A stretch of DNA of 64,000 nucleotides from an uncultured Methanomicrobiales archaeon (lineage in GTDB: Archaea; Halobacteriota; Methanomicrobia; Methanomicrobiales; Methanospirillaceae). Shown here piece by piece: positions 1 to 10,304 of the stretch (position 1 is its first letter; every line of letters starts with the position of its first letter). The stretch spans positions 960,001 through 1,024,000 of the forward strand of contig OY969100.1 in NCBI GenBank assembly GCA_963697895.1. The letters are read 5' to 3'. The notes under the pieces are model-generated. The model had not been told where the DNA came from and did not search any database. It worked only from the letters and a program-made list of their open reading frames with translations. The position numbers and the translations under genes are program-made.

Positions 1-366
1 GTCCGGAGCATGGACGAGGCGATCGCGGCATCGGATGCCGTCGCACCCGAGCACCTCTCGATCCAGGTCGAAGACCCCCTCTCCGTCGTCGTGCGGGTGC
101 AGAACGCCGGCGCGATCTTCCTCGGGCCCTACTCGGCCGTCGCATCCGGGGACTATGCCGTGGGGACCAATCACGTCCTCCCGACCGCAGGATATGCACG
201 GACCTATTCGGGGCTCGATGTTGCACATTTCTGCAAAACGGCATCGGTCGAGCTGGTCACCCGGGACGGGCTCGAGGCGATCGGGGACATCGTCGAGACG
301 ATCGCGGGGGCCGAGGGCCTGCATGCCCACGCGGAGTCGGTCCGGGTCAGAAGGGAGATGCGGTAA
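1..366 (+). CDS. hisD: Histidinol dehydrogenase, C-terminal part (truncated by window start)
   Basis: Motifs APEHL, AGAIFLG, GDYAVGTNHVLPT and EGLHAHA are typical of the HisD C-terminus. Confidence 0.95.
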   Translation, partial: VRSMDEAIAASDAVAPEHLSIQVEDPLSVVVRVQNAGAIFLGPYSAVASGDYAVGTNHVLPTAGYARTYSGLDVAHFCKTASVELVTRDGLEAIGDIVETIAGAEGLHAHAESVRVRREMR

Positions 367-420
367 AATTCGGTCGGGAATTACTGGCTGCATCCCTGGA
401 TAAGAACGCACGGGCGGCGA

Positions 421-618
421 TTATTTTTCCCCTTTTTCTGCTATTTTCCTGATCTTTTCATTGATATGGGGACTGTTCTCCATATGGTGCCATTCGACAT
501 TGTTCATCCCCATGAAAAAGCCGCATATCGAGCATTTGAGCCAGACTTCATACTGATCGGGGAATTCTGCGATCAGGCTTGTATTTCCACACCGGGGACA
601 GGTCAGGGTCTTGGTCAT
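421..618 (-). CDS. Small zinc-ribbon protein (65 aa)
   Basis: ATG at 618 gives MTKTLTCPRCG...WLKCSICGF, with two CxxC pairs. Confidence 0.7.
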   Translation of the reverse strand: MTKTLTCPRCGNTSLIAEFPDQYEVWLKCSICGFFMGMNNVEWHHMENSPHINEKIRKIAEKGEK

Positions 619-706
619 GCTGGAGTCTCCGGACGAATGGTTATTCATCCGAAGGCAAAACCCTGCTGGTATTCCTCTATAGGTGTGAAAGGGATGCATA
701 GTACTC

Positions 707-1270
707 TTATTTCCGGTTGATCTCCTCCCGAATCCGATGAAAGGTATCGTAGATCATATCCCGGAACTCAGCGCCGATCTCGTCCCAGGTTTTCCCGCCG
801 GCAGATGGTGTTCCTGCCTCCCCGGCCGTTCTCTCTGCCTTCCGTTCTTTTTCTGCGAGGCGGGAGAAGATATGGACGTACCCCGCGATGAGGACGATTA
901 TAAACACCAGGGGATAGAGGATGAACGCGATCAGATCGAGCGGGTACGGGATCGGCGCATAGGGCTGGTAGACGAAGGCGAATATATGAAAGATGAACGA
1001 GAGGAGGAGCACGCTTCCGATCGCACTGAATATCGGTCCGGGAAGGTTCGCCGGGAACGGGAAGGTCCCGAAGATATCGGCGACAATGAATATCAGCGAA
1101 AAAAAGACGATCAAGGCCGCATTGTCATAGAGGAAGTCGATGATTGCAGGGATCGGGGCCGCAAAGGAACCCGAAAAGTACCCGAGAACCCCGAGCAAAA
1201 TCAAAAATATCAGGATCCCCGATAACCCGGACACCAGGATCCAGGTGACGGATCGGTCTTTTTTTGTCAT
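707..1270 (-). CDS. Hypothetical membrane protein (about 4 TM)
   Basis: Four hydrophobic segments and a charged C-tail; start taken at MTKKDR. Confidence 0.8.
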   Translation of the reverse strand: MTKKDRSVTWILVSGLSGILIFLILLGVLGYFSGSFAAPIPAIIDFLYDNAALIVFFSLIFIVADIFGTFPFPANLPGPIFSAIGSVLLLSFIFHIFAFVYQPYAPIPYPLDLIAFILYPLVFIIVLIAGYVHIFSRLAEKERKAERTAGEAGTPSAGGKTWDEIGAEFRDMIYDTFHRIREEINRK

Positions 1271-1565
1271 GGTTTTCATCTTCCGCGATGCGATTCCTTG
1301 CCATTCGTTCTTGGATGGCCCGGCCATCCATCCGGCATGGTATATGATAGGTATATTATCGTTGGAACGGTTTTAATGCAGCGCTCCCTTACCTTCCTGC
1401 GGTCCTTTCCGCTCCGGGGGAACGCCCAACTTCTTTCCCCCCTGGATTCATTGCTGGTTGGGTATGGCTCCGGGGAGACACCCCGGGGAAGACGATTGAA
1501 CCGGTCCCATCCATGCAATTCATGAGAGGCAGAGATCCAGTCCTCGATTACAGGGGATATTTTCC

Positions 1566-3680
1566 ATGTATGCACAGTTCCGTTGTAACCCGTTTTACCT
1601 GCTCCTGCTCTGCGGTCTGATCGCCGCATTCGTGATACCGGCGCATGCCGCGTCCTCCCCCTCGATCGGCGGGGTTTCGATCTTTCCTCCCGACGATATC
1701 TGGAATGTCCCGGTCGATACTCTCCCGGTCGATCCGCACTCGGCCGATTATGTGAAGAATATCGGGACCACCGCGTACCTCCACCCGGACTTTGGTTCCG
1801 GCCTGTGGGAGGGGAGCCCGATGGGAATTCCCTACAATATCGTCCCGGGGACCCAGCAGAAGAAAACCGTCACTTTCGATTACGCCGATGAGAGCGATCC
1901 CGGCCCGTATCCCATACCCGACAACCCGGTGATGGAGGGGGGTTCGGACCGCCACATCCTGATCCTGGACCGCGACAACCACATACTGTATGAATTGTTT
2001 GCTGCCGTTAAACAGCCCGACGGGTCCTGGGATGCCGGATCCGGCGCAATCTTCAATCTTTCGGACTATCGTCTCCGGCCCTCAGGCTGGACCTCGGCGG
2101 ATGCGGCAGGCCTTGCGATCCTTCCCGGCCTGGTCCGGTACGACGAGGTGGCTGCCGGGGAGATCGACCATGCGATCCGGTTCACCGCCCCGTCCACCCG
2201 GCGGGCATATGTCTGGCCGGCCCGCCACTATGCTTCTTCCATCACGAATACGGCCTATCCGCCGATGGGGCAGAAATTCCGGCTGAAATCCTCGTTCGAC
2301 ACCTCTGGATATCCCACCCAGGCACGGGTGATCCTGGAGGCCCTGAAGAAATACGGGATGATCCTTTCCGATAACGGCGCACCCTGGTACATCACGGGTG
2401 CTCCCGATGACCGGTGGGACAACGATGCGCTCCATACGCTCCAGCAACTGAAGGGATCCGACTTCGAGGCGGTGGACAGCTCCTCCCTGATGATCAGCCC
2501 GGATTCGGGACAGGCACGGACAACATACATCCCTGACACCATACCGCCCCGGAGCATCGCGAACCTCGCAAACACGACGTACCAGCCTGGTTCCATCACC
2601 TGGGCCTGGACGGATCCGGCTGACGCGGACTTCGCCCGGGTAATGGTGTACCTCAACGGCGCCTGGAAGGCGGATGTCACGAAGGGGACCCGGTCCTGGA
2701 CAGCCTCCGGGCTCCTGCCGGATACGGCGTACACCATCGGAACCCGGACGGTTGACTCGGGCGGCAACATCAATGCAAGCTGGGTGAATCAGACCGCACG
2801 GACATCGTCTGCCGTCGCCGATAACACACCGCCCCGGAGCGTCGCGAACCTCACAAACACGACGTACCAGCCTGGTTCCATCACCTGGGCCTGGATGGAT
2901 CCGGCTGACGCGGACTTCGCCCGGGTAATGGTGTACTTCAACGGCGCCTGGAAGGCGAATGTCACAAAGGGGACCCGGTCCTGGATGGTATCCGGGCTCC
3001 TGCCGGATACGGCGTACACCATCGGAACCCGGACGGTTGACTCGGGCGGCAACATCAATGCAAGCTGGGTGAATCAGACCGCACGGACCGCCGCCCGCTC
3101 TCCTGCTCCGACCGTATCCTATATCACCCCGCACTCCGGAATACGGGGTACTTCCGTGAACGTGACGGATCTCCACGGGAGCAATTTTGTAACCGGACCG
3201 GCCACGACCAGCGTGAAACTGACGAAGAGCGGCAGGGCCGATATCGTGGCGACCGGTGTCCGGGTGATCTCCTCCGGCCAGATCCAGTGCACCCTCCCGG
3301 TGCCGGCGAATGCAGCGACCGGTTCCTGGAATGTCGTGGTGTCAAACCCAGACGGGCAGTCGGGAACGCTCTCGAACGGCTTTTCAGTGACCAATCCCCC
3401 GCCGGTCATCACATCCATCACGCCCGACTCGGGGAGGCACGGGAGGACCGTTGCGATCAAAAAGATCGCGGGTGCGAATTTCCAGACGGGGGCGACTATC
3501 CAGTTGGTAAAATCCGGACTTCCGAACATATCCGGGCAAAATGTCCGGGTTGTCTCTTCCGGCCAGATCACCGGTACATTCACGGTCCCCTCGAATGCAA
3601 AGACGGGATACCGGGATCTCGTCGTGAGGAACCCGGATGGCGGGACGTGTTCACTCGTGAACGGGTTCCGGGTGACCTGA
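1566..3680 (+). CDS. Secreted/surface protein: uncharacterised N-terminal domain, 2 FN3-like repeats, 2 IPT/TIG-like domains
   Basis: Signal peptide; two near-identical TWAWTDP...YTIGTRTVD repeats; PTVSYITP and PVITSITP...VVVSNPDG IPT-type units. Confidence 0.85.
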   Translation: MYAQFRCNPFYLLLLCGLIAAFVIPAHAASSPSIGGVSIFPPDDIWNVPVDTLPVDPHSADYVKNIGTTAYLHPDFGSGLWEGSPMGIPYNIVPGTQQKKTVTFDYADESDPGPYPIPDNPVMEGGSDRHILILDRDNHILYELFAAVKQPDGSWDAGSGAIFNLSDYRLRPSGWTSADAAGLAILPGLVRYDEVAAGEIDHAIRFTAPSTRRAYVWPARHYASSITNTAYPPMGQKFRLKSSFDTSGYPTQARVILEALKKYGMILSDNGAPWYITGAPDDRWDNDALHTLQQLKGSDFEAVDSSSLMISPDSGQARTTYIPDTIPPRSIANLANTTYQPGSITWAWTDPADADFARVMVYLNGAWKADVTKGTRSWTASGLLPDTAYTIGTRTVDSGGNINASWVNQTARTSSAVADNTPPRSVANLTNTTYQPGSITWAWMDPADADFARVMVYFNGAWKANVTKGTRSWMVSGLLPDTAYTIGTRTVDSGGNINASWVNQTARTAARSPAPTVSYITPHSGIRGTSVNVTDLHGSNFVTGPATTSVKLTKSGRADIVATGVRVISSGQIQCTLPVPANAATGSWNVVVSNPDGQSGTLSNGFSVTNPPPVITSITPDSGRHGRTVAIKKIAGANFQTGATIQLVKSGLPNISGQNVRVVSSGQITGTFTVPSNAKTGYRDLVVRNPDGGTCSLVNGFRVT
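2544..3088 (+). repeat. Intragenic direct repeat of about 260 bp (2544-2803 and 2829-3088, period 285 bp)
   Basis: Near-identical DNA copies encode the two FN3-like domains. Confidence 0.95.
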
Positions 3681-4026
3681 TCCTCCCAAAACCGGGGACC
3701 CCGGTCTTCTGAATGCCCCGTTTTTAGGGGGCAGCCAGGTATCGCCTCTTGTATCTCCACCGGAGCAATGGGTAGAGAATTGCAAGGCTTAACGATCCGC
3801 AGGTAAAAAAACAGGTTCCATTCTTATCTTGCGTGAACAGGCCGGAAGTTCTCCCTTATCGCGAGAGAAAAACGGTTCCTCAGCTATTCGTGAGAGACTT
3901 CTTCCATTGATTACCGGAATGGGAAGCCCGGGCAGAATATGTGCGATTTTTGAAAATTCCATTCCTCACACCGAACTGGTCCCCCGGTGGAGACCAGGGC
4001 TTCGGAATCGCCGGATCCCCCCGGCT

Positions 4027-4837
4027 TCAGCTGAAGGCGACATCGAGGATCATCATCACGAGAAAGCCGATAAGGAACCCCGAGATTGCCGGGCCTTCGT
4101 ACCCGTGCACCTGCGACTCGGGGATCACCTCTTCGATCACGACAAAGATCATCGCCCCGGCGGCGAATGCGAGGGCGTACGGGAGGATCGGGCGTGCGAT
4201 GATCACCGCTGCCGCTCCCGCGACGGCCGCAACCGGCTCGACCACGGCTGAAAGCTGCCCGTACCAGAAGACTGCGGGGCCGGGACATCCCCTCCCGCCG
4301 GAGCGGCATCGAGATCGCAAGTCCTTCCGGAAAGTTCTGGATCCCGATCCCGATCGTGAGGGCGATGGCTCCTGCCAGTTCCGCAGTCGAGATGCCTGCC
4401 GCGACGGCCCCGAAGGCGACCCCGATGGCGAGCCCTTCGGGAATGTTGTGGAGGGTGATCGCGATCACGAGGAGAGTCGTCCGGTTGAGAGAGGATTTCG
4501 GGCCTTTCGCATCGGAAAACCCGATATGCAGGTGAGGGACCACCCGGTGGAGCACCCAGAGGAAGATCCAGCCGGAGGCAAACCCCACGGCGGCCGGGAC
4601 CCAGGGGATCAGGCCCGAATCCCCGGCCAGCGTGATCGAGGGGAGGAGCAGTGACCAGATACTCGCGGCGATCATCACCCCGGCGGCAAACCCCATCATC
4701 CCGTCGAGGAGGCGCTGGTTGACCGTCCGGGTGAGGAATACGACCGATGCCCCGAGAGCGGTGATGCTCCAGGTGAAGACTCCGGCGACCAGTGCCTGTA
4801 AGACCGGGGAGAGACCGGCGAAGGTGTCGATCAGCAT
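4027..4837 (-). CDS. ZIP family metal transporter (ZupT/GufA-like), with a +1 frameshift near 4270
   Basis: HNIPEG and QNFPEG motifs; the C-terminal half (FWYGQLSAVVEP...AGAMIFVVIEEVIPE) continues in the next frame. Confidence 0.9.
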
Positions 4838-4963
4838 CCGGTTCCTCCCTGCCCTGCCCCGGAAACACGCATCACAGGACGATATCGCTCTCCCATACTT
4901 ATTATGTGTTTCTCTCGCCCGGGGGAAGAACTTATAAATTCCCGGATATGAATCATATCCATC

Positions 4964-5236
4964 ATGCCAACCGATGAAGAATTACACCAGATTGCGCGGA
5001 AGACTGCCGAAGGAAAAGTGGGATTCTACATCCACCTGGGCGTATACATCGCGGTAAACCTGTTCCTCATCGTTATCTGGTACATCACCGGCGCCGGGTT
5101 TCCCTGGTTCCTCTTCATCCTGTTCGGGTGGGGGATAGGTCTGGCGGCCAATTACATGGCGGCATTCCATGGCCATGCCTATGTGGAGGGGCTCGCGGAA
5201 GAAGAGTACCGGAAGCTGAAGGGAAAGGGTTTGTAG
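4964..5236 (+). CDS. 2TM domain small membrane protein
   Basis: GFYIHLGVY..VNLFL...FPWFLFILFGWGIGL pattern. Confidence 0.85.
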   Translation: MPTDEELHQIARKTAEGKVGFYIHLGVYIAVNLFLIVIWYITGAGFPWFLFILFGWGIGLAANYMAAFHGHAYVEGLAEEEYRKLKGKGL

Positions 5237-5297
5237 GAAATCCGCCGCTTTCCGTTTATCGGGGAGATCCAATAAATCTAATCCTTTTAAGGAGGGC

Positions 5298-6167
5298 GTG
5301 ACCTTCGTGCCGGAGCAAGGAGAGATCTTCCCGAACAAATGTGAAAAGAGTGGTATCAAACCAACAAACCAGATCATGATGCAGCCCAACGCGATCCTCT
5401 GCGGAGATGCACTTACGGTGCTCCGGACTCTTCCTGACGATTCCTTCGCCTGCTGCATCACCAGCCCGCCCTACTGGGACACCCGGTGCAGCGGACTGGG
5501 CGATCAGCTCGGGGAAGAACTCGATTATCAGGATTATATCAGGAACCTCCTGGGGATCTTCCGTGAGGTGCGAAGAAGCCTTGCCCCGGCCGGGACCCTC
5601 TGGCTGGTCATCGGGGATACATATGCAAGCGATGATCGCCGCTGGTGGGAGATGTGCACAACGCTTCCGCCGGGGGAACCCGGTTCCCATCGGGCGCTCC
5701 CGGACGGGTTTAAGGCAAAGGACCTGATGGGAATTCCCTGGCGACTGGCAATGGCGCTGCAGGACGACGGCTGGTATCTCCGGTCCGACATCATCTGGTC
5801 CATTCCGAACCACCCGTCCGAACCGGTCACTGACCGTCCTGCACGAGCCCACGACTATGTATTCCTCTTTGCAAGGTCGGAACAGTATTCATACCATGGA
5901 GACGACGGGGAGACCGCATCCGGGGGAACCGTCTGGGAGATCCCGACCGTTCCCGATCCTCCTATCAATTATGCCGTCCTTCCCGAACCGCTGGTCGAAC
6001 GATGCATGCGGGCCGGGTCCCTGAAGGACGAGGTCGTGCTGGACCCGTTCTTCGGTTCGGGTACCGTGGGCATCGTGGCAAAACGGCTGAAGCGGAGGTA
6101 CGTGGGGATTGAGCTGGACCCGGTCTCCGCCTCCCTGGCGCAGAAGAGGATCCGGGATGGGGTGTAG
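5298..6167 (+). CDS. Site-specific DNA methyltransferase (N4C/N6A, beta class); no adjacent restriction gene; start may be ATG 5376
   Basis: Catalytic TSPPY lies before the SAM-binding DPFFGSGT; GWYLRSDIIW. Confidence 0.9.
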   Translation: MTFVPEQGEIFPNKCEKSGIKPTNQIMMQPNAILCGDALTVLRTLPDDSFACCITSPPYWDTRCSGLGDQLGEELDYQDYIRNLLGIFREVRRSLAPAGTLWLVIGDTYASDDRRWWEMCTTLPPGEPGSHRALPDGFKAKDLMGIPWRLAMALQDDGWYLRSDIIWSIPNHPSEPVTDRPARAHDYVFLFARSEQYSYHGDDGETASGGTVWEIPTVPDPPINYAVLPEPLVERCMRAGSLKDEVVLDPFFGSGTVGIVAKRLKRRYVGIELDPVSASLAQKRIRDGV

Positions 6168-6273
6168 AAACCCGGTATTACGGGATTGGCTCCGAAAACT
6201 CCCGGAACAACCGCCTATACCTGGTTCTGCAGAACCTCGCGCGAAATCTTTCCGGTCCGGCCGTTTGAGATGC

Positions 6274-6993
6274 CTATGACGGCGCTCTTTTCAGCGAGAG
6301 TATGTCTCTTTCAAATCCGATATCCGTCTTTTTGGCATCGGTTTTTATCACGATGCCATTGAGATAGTCGATCGAGGTCAGGGACCTGCGGAAATAGGTA
6401 TGGATGAGGGGAAAGAGGGTGATATCATGGGCGACCACGATCCGGGTCTCCTGTGGGCGAAAATCCTGGTCATCCAGCACCCTTTTCAGGAGTTCGTCGG
6501 AGAATTGTCCCGGATTCCAGAGAACCCCCTCATCGATCTCCCCGGCGAGCCATTGCCCGATGAGTGCGTGCCAGCCGTAATAATCATGCAGTTCGCGGAA
6601 TTTTTCGAGATCGAGGACCGGATCGATAATTTCGGGGGCTTCCCGTATCCGGATATCCGCGGGCATCCCCGGAGATAACCCGTCCCGGATCGCCATCGCG
6701 GTCATCCTGCACCTCGTTGCCGGGGTGTGAAGGAAGTGGATCTTTTTATCTTTCCCGGCACCCCGCAGAGATTCGCCGAAACGACGGGCATTCGTAATAC
6801 CTTCGGGGGTGAGCTCCACCTGCGGCCGGATTTCGTACGGGACGCCCAGGAACGACGGCCTGTTGGCGTGCCGGATCAGGATAAGGGTGCGATCCCTCTC
6901 CGGGATCCTCCTTAGTGCATGAAAAACGGTTTCATCTGTTATTTTATCACCAGACCACGAGGTTTCCTGATATATGTAGTGGATCAAAGACAA
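6274..6993 (-). CDS. Histidine phosphatase family protein (start uncertain)
   Basis: LIRHA, LTPEG, RCRMTA and VAHD motifs. Confidence 0.8.
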   Translation of the reverse strand: MSLIHYIYQETSWSGDKITDETVFHALRRIPERDRTLILIRHANRPSFLGVPYEIRPQVELTPEGITNARRFGESLRGAGKDKKIHFLHTPATRCRMTAMAIRDGLSPGMPADIRIREAPEIIDPVLDLEKFRELHDYYGWHALIGQWLAGEIDEGVLWNPGQFSDELLKRVLDDQDFRPQETRIVVAHDITLFPLIHTYFRRSLTSIDYLNGIVIKTDAKKTDIGFERDILSLKRAPS

Positions 6994-7118
6994 TAAATCA
7001 TGGGAAGATGCCCTTTCCGTTTCTCCGATTTCGCAAGGTATGCCGATCGGCCGGCCAATGGAGTTTCGAGCGCCTTCCGGAGCAAAGGATTGAAACGGTT
7101 CCGGATAGAGGAAGGTAC

Positions 7119-7955
7119 ATGCACCGGATTATCGACTGGAACGAGCTCTGGAAGGCGATCCATGTGAGTACCCCCGGGCGGCTCGAGAAAGAGCGCGATC
7201 CTGCCGCAATCTGGGACAGGCGTGCCGCCGCATACCAGCGGGTGACCCGTGACGAGACGAAGGCGACCGGGCAGGAACTTGCATTCCTTGACCTGCGGCC
7301 GGACGACACCGTGCTCGACGTGGGGGCAGGAACAGGACGGCTTGCCGTGCCCATCGCCCATACGACCGCCCATGTAACGGCCCTCGACCCGTCGGAAGGC
7401 ATGCTTTCTCACCTGAAGGAACGCATGGCGTCGGAAGGCCGGACCAACTACTCCTGTGTCCGGATGAGGTGGGAGGATGTCGCAATCGGCAGAGATATCG
7501 AGCCCCACGACATGGTCATCGCGGCGTTCTCTCTCGGGTTCTACGATCTCGCCGCCGCACTGCGAAAACTCGATGCGGCGGCCAGCCGATCGGTATACCT
7601 CTTCTGGCATGCAGGGGAATGGCGGGGCCGGGAGGAGATGGCAATGTACAGTGCGATCTTCGGAGAGGAGGGAGCGTTGAAGAAGGGGTATCCGGATTAC
7701 ATCTATCCCGTCAACATTCTCCACGATGCCGGGATCTATCCGGAGGTCCGGATCTACCGGGCCGTCTGGGAAACGGTCTACGACTCTGTCGACGAGGCTG
7801 TCCGGAACTGGGTGACGATGCACAATCCCGGCCAGGAAGACCTCTCCCCTGTCCGTGAGTACTTCTCCCGGGTGCTCTCCCGGAATGACTCGGGCAGATA
7901 CGTCGATATGACGGTCAGGCCGACCGCAGCGGTCTGGTGGACAAAAGAGGCGTGA
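7119..7955 (+). CDS. Class I SAM-dependent methyltransferase
   Basis: VLDVGAGTGRLA, ALDPSEGML; ATG at 7119. Confidence 0.9.
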   Translation: MHRIIDWNELWKAIHVSTPGRLEKERDPAAIWDRRAAAYQRVTRDETKATGQELAFLDLRPDDTVLDVGAGTGRLAVPIAHTTAHVTALDPSEGMLSHLKERMASEGRTNYSCVRMRWEDVAIGRDIEPHDMVIAAFSLGFYDLAAALRKLDAAASRSVYLFWHAGEWRGREEMAMYSAIFGEEGALKKGYPDYIYPVNILHDAGIYPEVRIYRAVWETVYDSVDEAVRNWVTMHNPGQEDLSPVREYFSRVLSRNDSGRYVDMTVRPTAAVWWTKEA

Positions 7956-7956
7956 G

Positions 7957-8580
7957 ATGCCCGATCCCGGCGAATCCTCATCTTCTTCACCGGAGGATCC
8001 CGGCCGGAAACGGGTATTCGAACGGTTCGCGGCCGAATATGACCGGTGGTATGACGATCATCCCGACCTGTACCGGGAAGAGCGCCTGATCCTCGCCCCA
8101 CACCTTCCCGGAAAGGGGAAGGGGCTCGAAGTCGGCGTGGGATCCGGCCGGTTTGCCGCACCGGCTGGTATCCTCTACGGGCTCGAGCCTTCCGGTCCCC
8201 TGGCTTACCGGGCGAAGGTCCGCGGGGTCGCGGTGATCCGGGGGTTGGGAGAATGTCTCCCGTTCCGGTCTTCATCGCTCGATTATATCCTGATGATGAC
8301 GGTCATCTGCTACCTCGATGATCCCGTCCGGTCTCTGCAGGAAGCCTTCCGGGTCCTGGTGCCTGACGGGAAGATCATCATCGGGTTTATCGAACGCGAC
8401 GGAGAGATCGCAGAGGAATATTCCCATGAACAAGAGAAGAGGAGATTCCTCACGTACGCCACCTTTTACACCGCGGGGGAGGTCACGAAGTTCCTTCATA
8501 CTGCAGGGTTCACGGAGATCGAAAAAGACCGGCGCCGGACCGGGTTTACCGTGATGGCCGGGTGGAAAAGGGGGAGATGA
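7957..8580 (+). CDS. Class I SAM-dependent methyltransferase
   Basis: LEVGVGSGRFA, LPFRSSSLDY, EAFRVLVPDG. Confidence 0.9.
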   Translation: MPDPGESSSSSPEDPGRKRVFERFAAEYDRWYDDHPDLYREERLILAPHLPGKGKGLEVGVGSGRFAAPAGILYGLEPSGPLAYRAKVRGVAVIRGLGECLPFRSSSLDYILMMTVICYLDDPVRSLQEAFRVLVPDGKIIIGFIERDGEIAEEYSHEQEKRRFLTYATFYTAGEVTKFLHTAGFTEIEKDRRRTGFTVMAGWKRGR

Positions 8581-8619
8581 TCGCGGGTGATAGGATCAGG
8601 ATCCCCCTGGAGGTTTGCC

Positions 8620-9412
8620 TCAATAGTACACGCCCTCGCCGGTGACGAGGGTACCTTCCCCGTCCACCCATCCCTTCGGTACTGTTCTCCAGACCGACCA
8701 ATACCGAATCGGAATACTGGTTGTATATCCAGCCGCCCCGCCAGATCGCGTTTACCCCTTCTATCCGGGCCTGCAGCGAGACGGTCGCCGGGTGATCGGA
8801 TGAATATTGTATGAAGACCGGGACGTTGTGGTGAAATGCCTTCCCCTGATATGGAGAAGGGGTCCCGTTCACCGGGATAAACTCTCCGCCCGGGAAGAAG
8901 AAGGGTTCGTGGCCGAGCGGGTTCGCGGTATCGATCGCCTGCGGGACCGATTCCATGACCGTGCACCAGATCGGGGTAAGAACCGGGGTCTCCGGCGAGT
9001 ACGCGGTCGCCGGTGGCACGGGGGTCAGCTCCGGGGTCTTCCCGATCCCGACCGGGATCGGGTACCCGTGGTACGTCGGCACTATCCGGGCAGCATGGAT
9101 GGAGAGCATGGGTCTTCCCTCCACCATCACGATCGAGAGGGTCCAGTCCTCCGGGACCCCGTATCCCGTCCCGTTCACGAGGGCACCCGCAAGGACCGGG
9201 GTACCATCCAGTTCCGGAGCCGGAACCTGCAGGGTGACGTTCTCGATCGTCGTGTTCACCGAGAGTTCGATCGAGTAGGTGAGGTCATGCCGTTCGGATT
9301 TCGCCGTGGTCTGTTCCCACCAGACGGAAATCCCGGCAAAAAACGAGATACCGATAAGAATGAGAACGATGAGGAGGATTACCCGCCAGTTCGTAAAAGA
9401 TTCCCGTGTCAT
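8620..9412 (-). CDS. Hypothetical membrane-anchored protein, with a probable +1 frameshift near 8672
   Basis: N-terminal TM helix; removing one G restores ...EGWVDGEGTLVTGEGVYY-stop and removes the overlap with the convergent gene. Confidence 0.7.
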
Positions 9413-9552
9413 CTGCTCTCCCGATCAGGTTTGATCAGGGTTATTTGGCATGAACCGGGATAGGGTTTCGGGTTTAACCGCTTCTTCGTGGGCGGTCGAG
9501 GCTGAAGTCCAGCCCCGGCCGAAGAGGCCGTATGCGGGACCGTTGCCACTCT

Positions 9553-10056
9553 TCAGCCTTCCTCTTCCTTCCGTCTGATGCGTCCTTCGATCTCCGCGAT
9601 GACCTCCGATAGTGCCGTCTTCATGTTGCCGGCCGCGGTAGATTCCGCTCTCTGAAGACCCGGAAGGGCCGCGGGGCCGATCTCCCGGAGTGCATGGGAG
9701 GCTTCGAGCCCGACTTTCCGCTCCTCATCCCGGAGCGCCTCGATAAGCGCCGGGACCGCCTGCGGGTCCCCGATCTCCCCGAGCGCCTGTGCCACCCCCT
9801 TCCGGACATGCTCGCTCTCGTCCCCGAGTGCCTCCACGAGTGCGCCCACCGCCTCCGTCGCCCGGAGCTTCCCGAGCGCCCGGGCGGCCCGCCACCGGAC
9901 ACTGACCCATTCCCGGTCGTGGAGCGCCCCGATCAGGAGCTGTACCGCCTCCGGCCCTCCCCGCTGTTCGAGGACGAGGACCGCATCGTACCGGAGCCGG
10001 TTATCCGGGTTGGCGAGCTCCTTCCGGATATACGCAAATTCGTCTTCCGCCGCCAT
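9553..10056 (-). CDS. HEAT-repeat (PBS lyase-like) protein
   Basis: Repeats VRWRAARALG, VRKGVAQALGEIGDPQAVPALIEAL. Confidence 0.9.
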   Translation of the reverse strand: MAAEDEFAYIRKELANPDNRLRYDAVLVLEQRGGPEAVQLLIGALHDREWVSVRWRAARALGKLRATEAVGALVEALGDESEHVRKGVAQALGEIGDPQAVPALIEALRDEERKVGLEASHALREIGPAALPGLQRAESTAAGNMKTALSEVIAEIEGRIRRKEEEG

Positions 10057-10304
10057 ACATTACCGGGGCCGGATGAACAGAAAGATGTTTGTCCGCGAAA
10101 GATACGGACGCTACCCCCGGGTTTTAATTGAGTATTTCTCGGATAGGAAATTTGGGCTTTTAATACCGTAAAGAGGCTGCACAGGCCGGATATGCGCCTC
10201 CACTGGCAGTTGGAGGAATACTTCCGTCAGCGGTAAGCAGGTTCCGGTTAGCTATTTATCCCATTGAACGGATCAGACTCCATATCTATATCTTGGTGGT
10301 TTGT

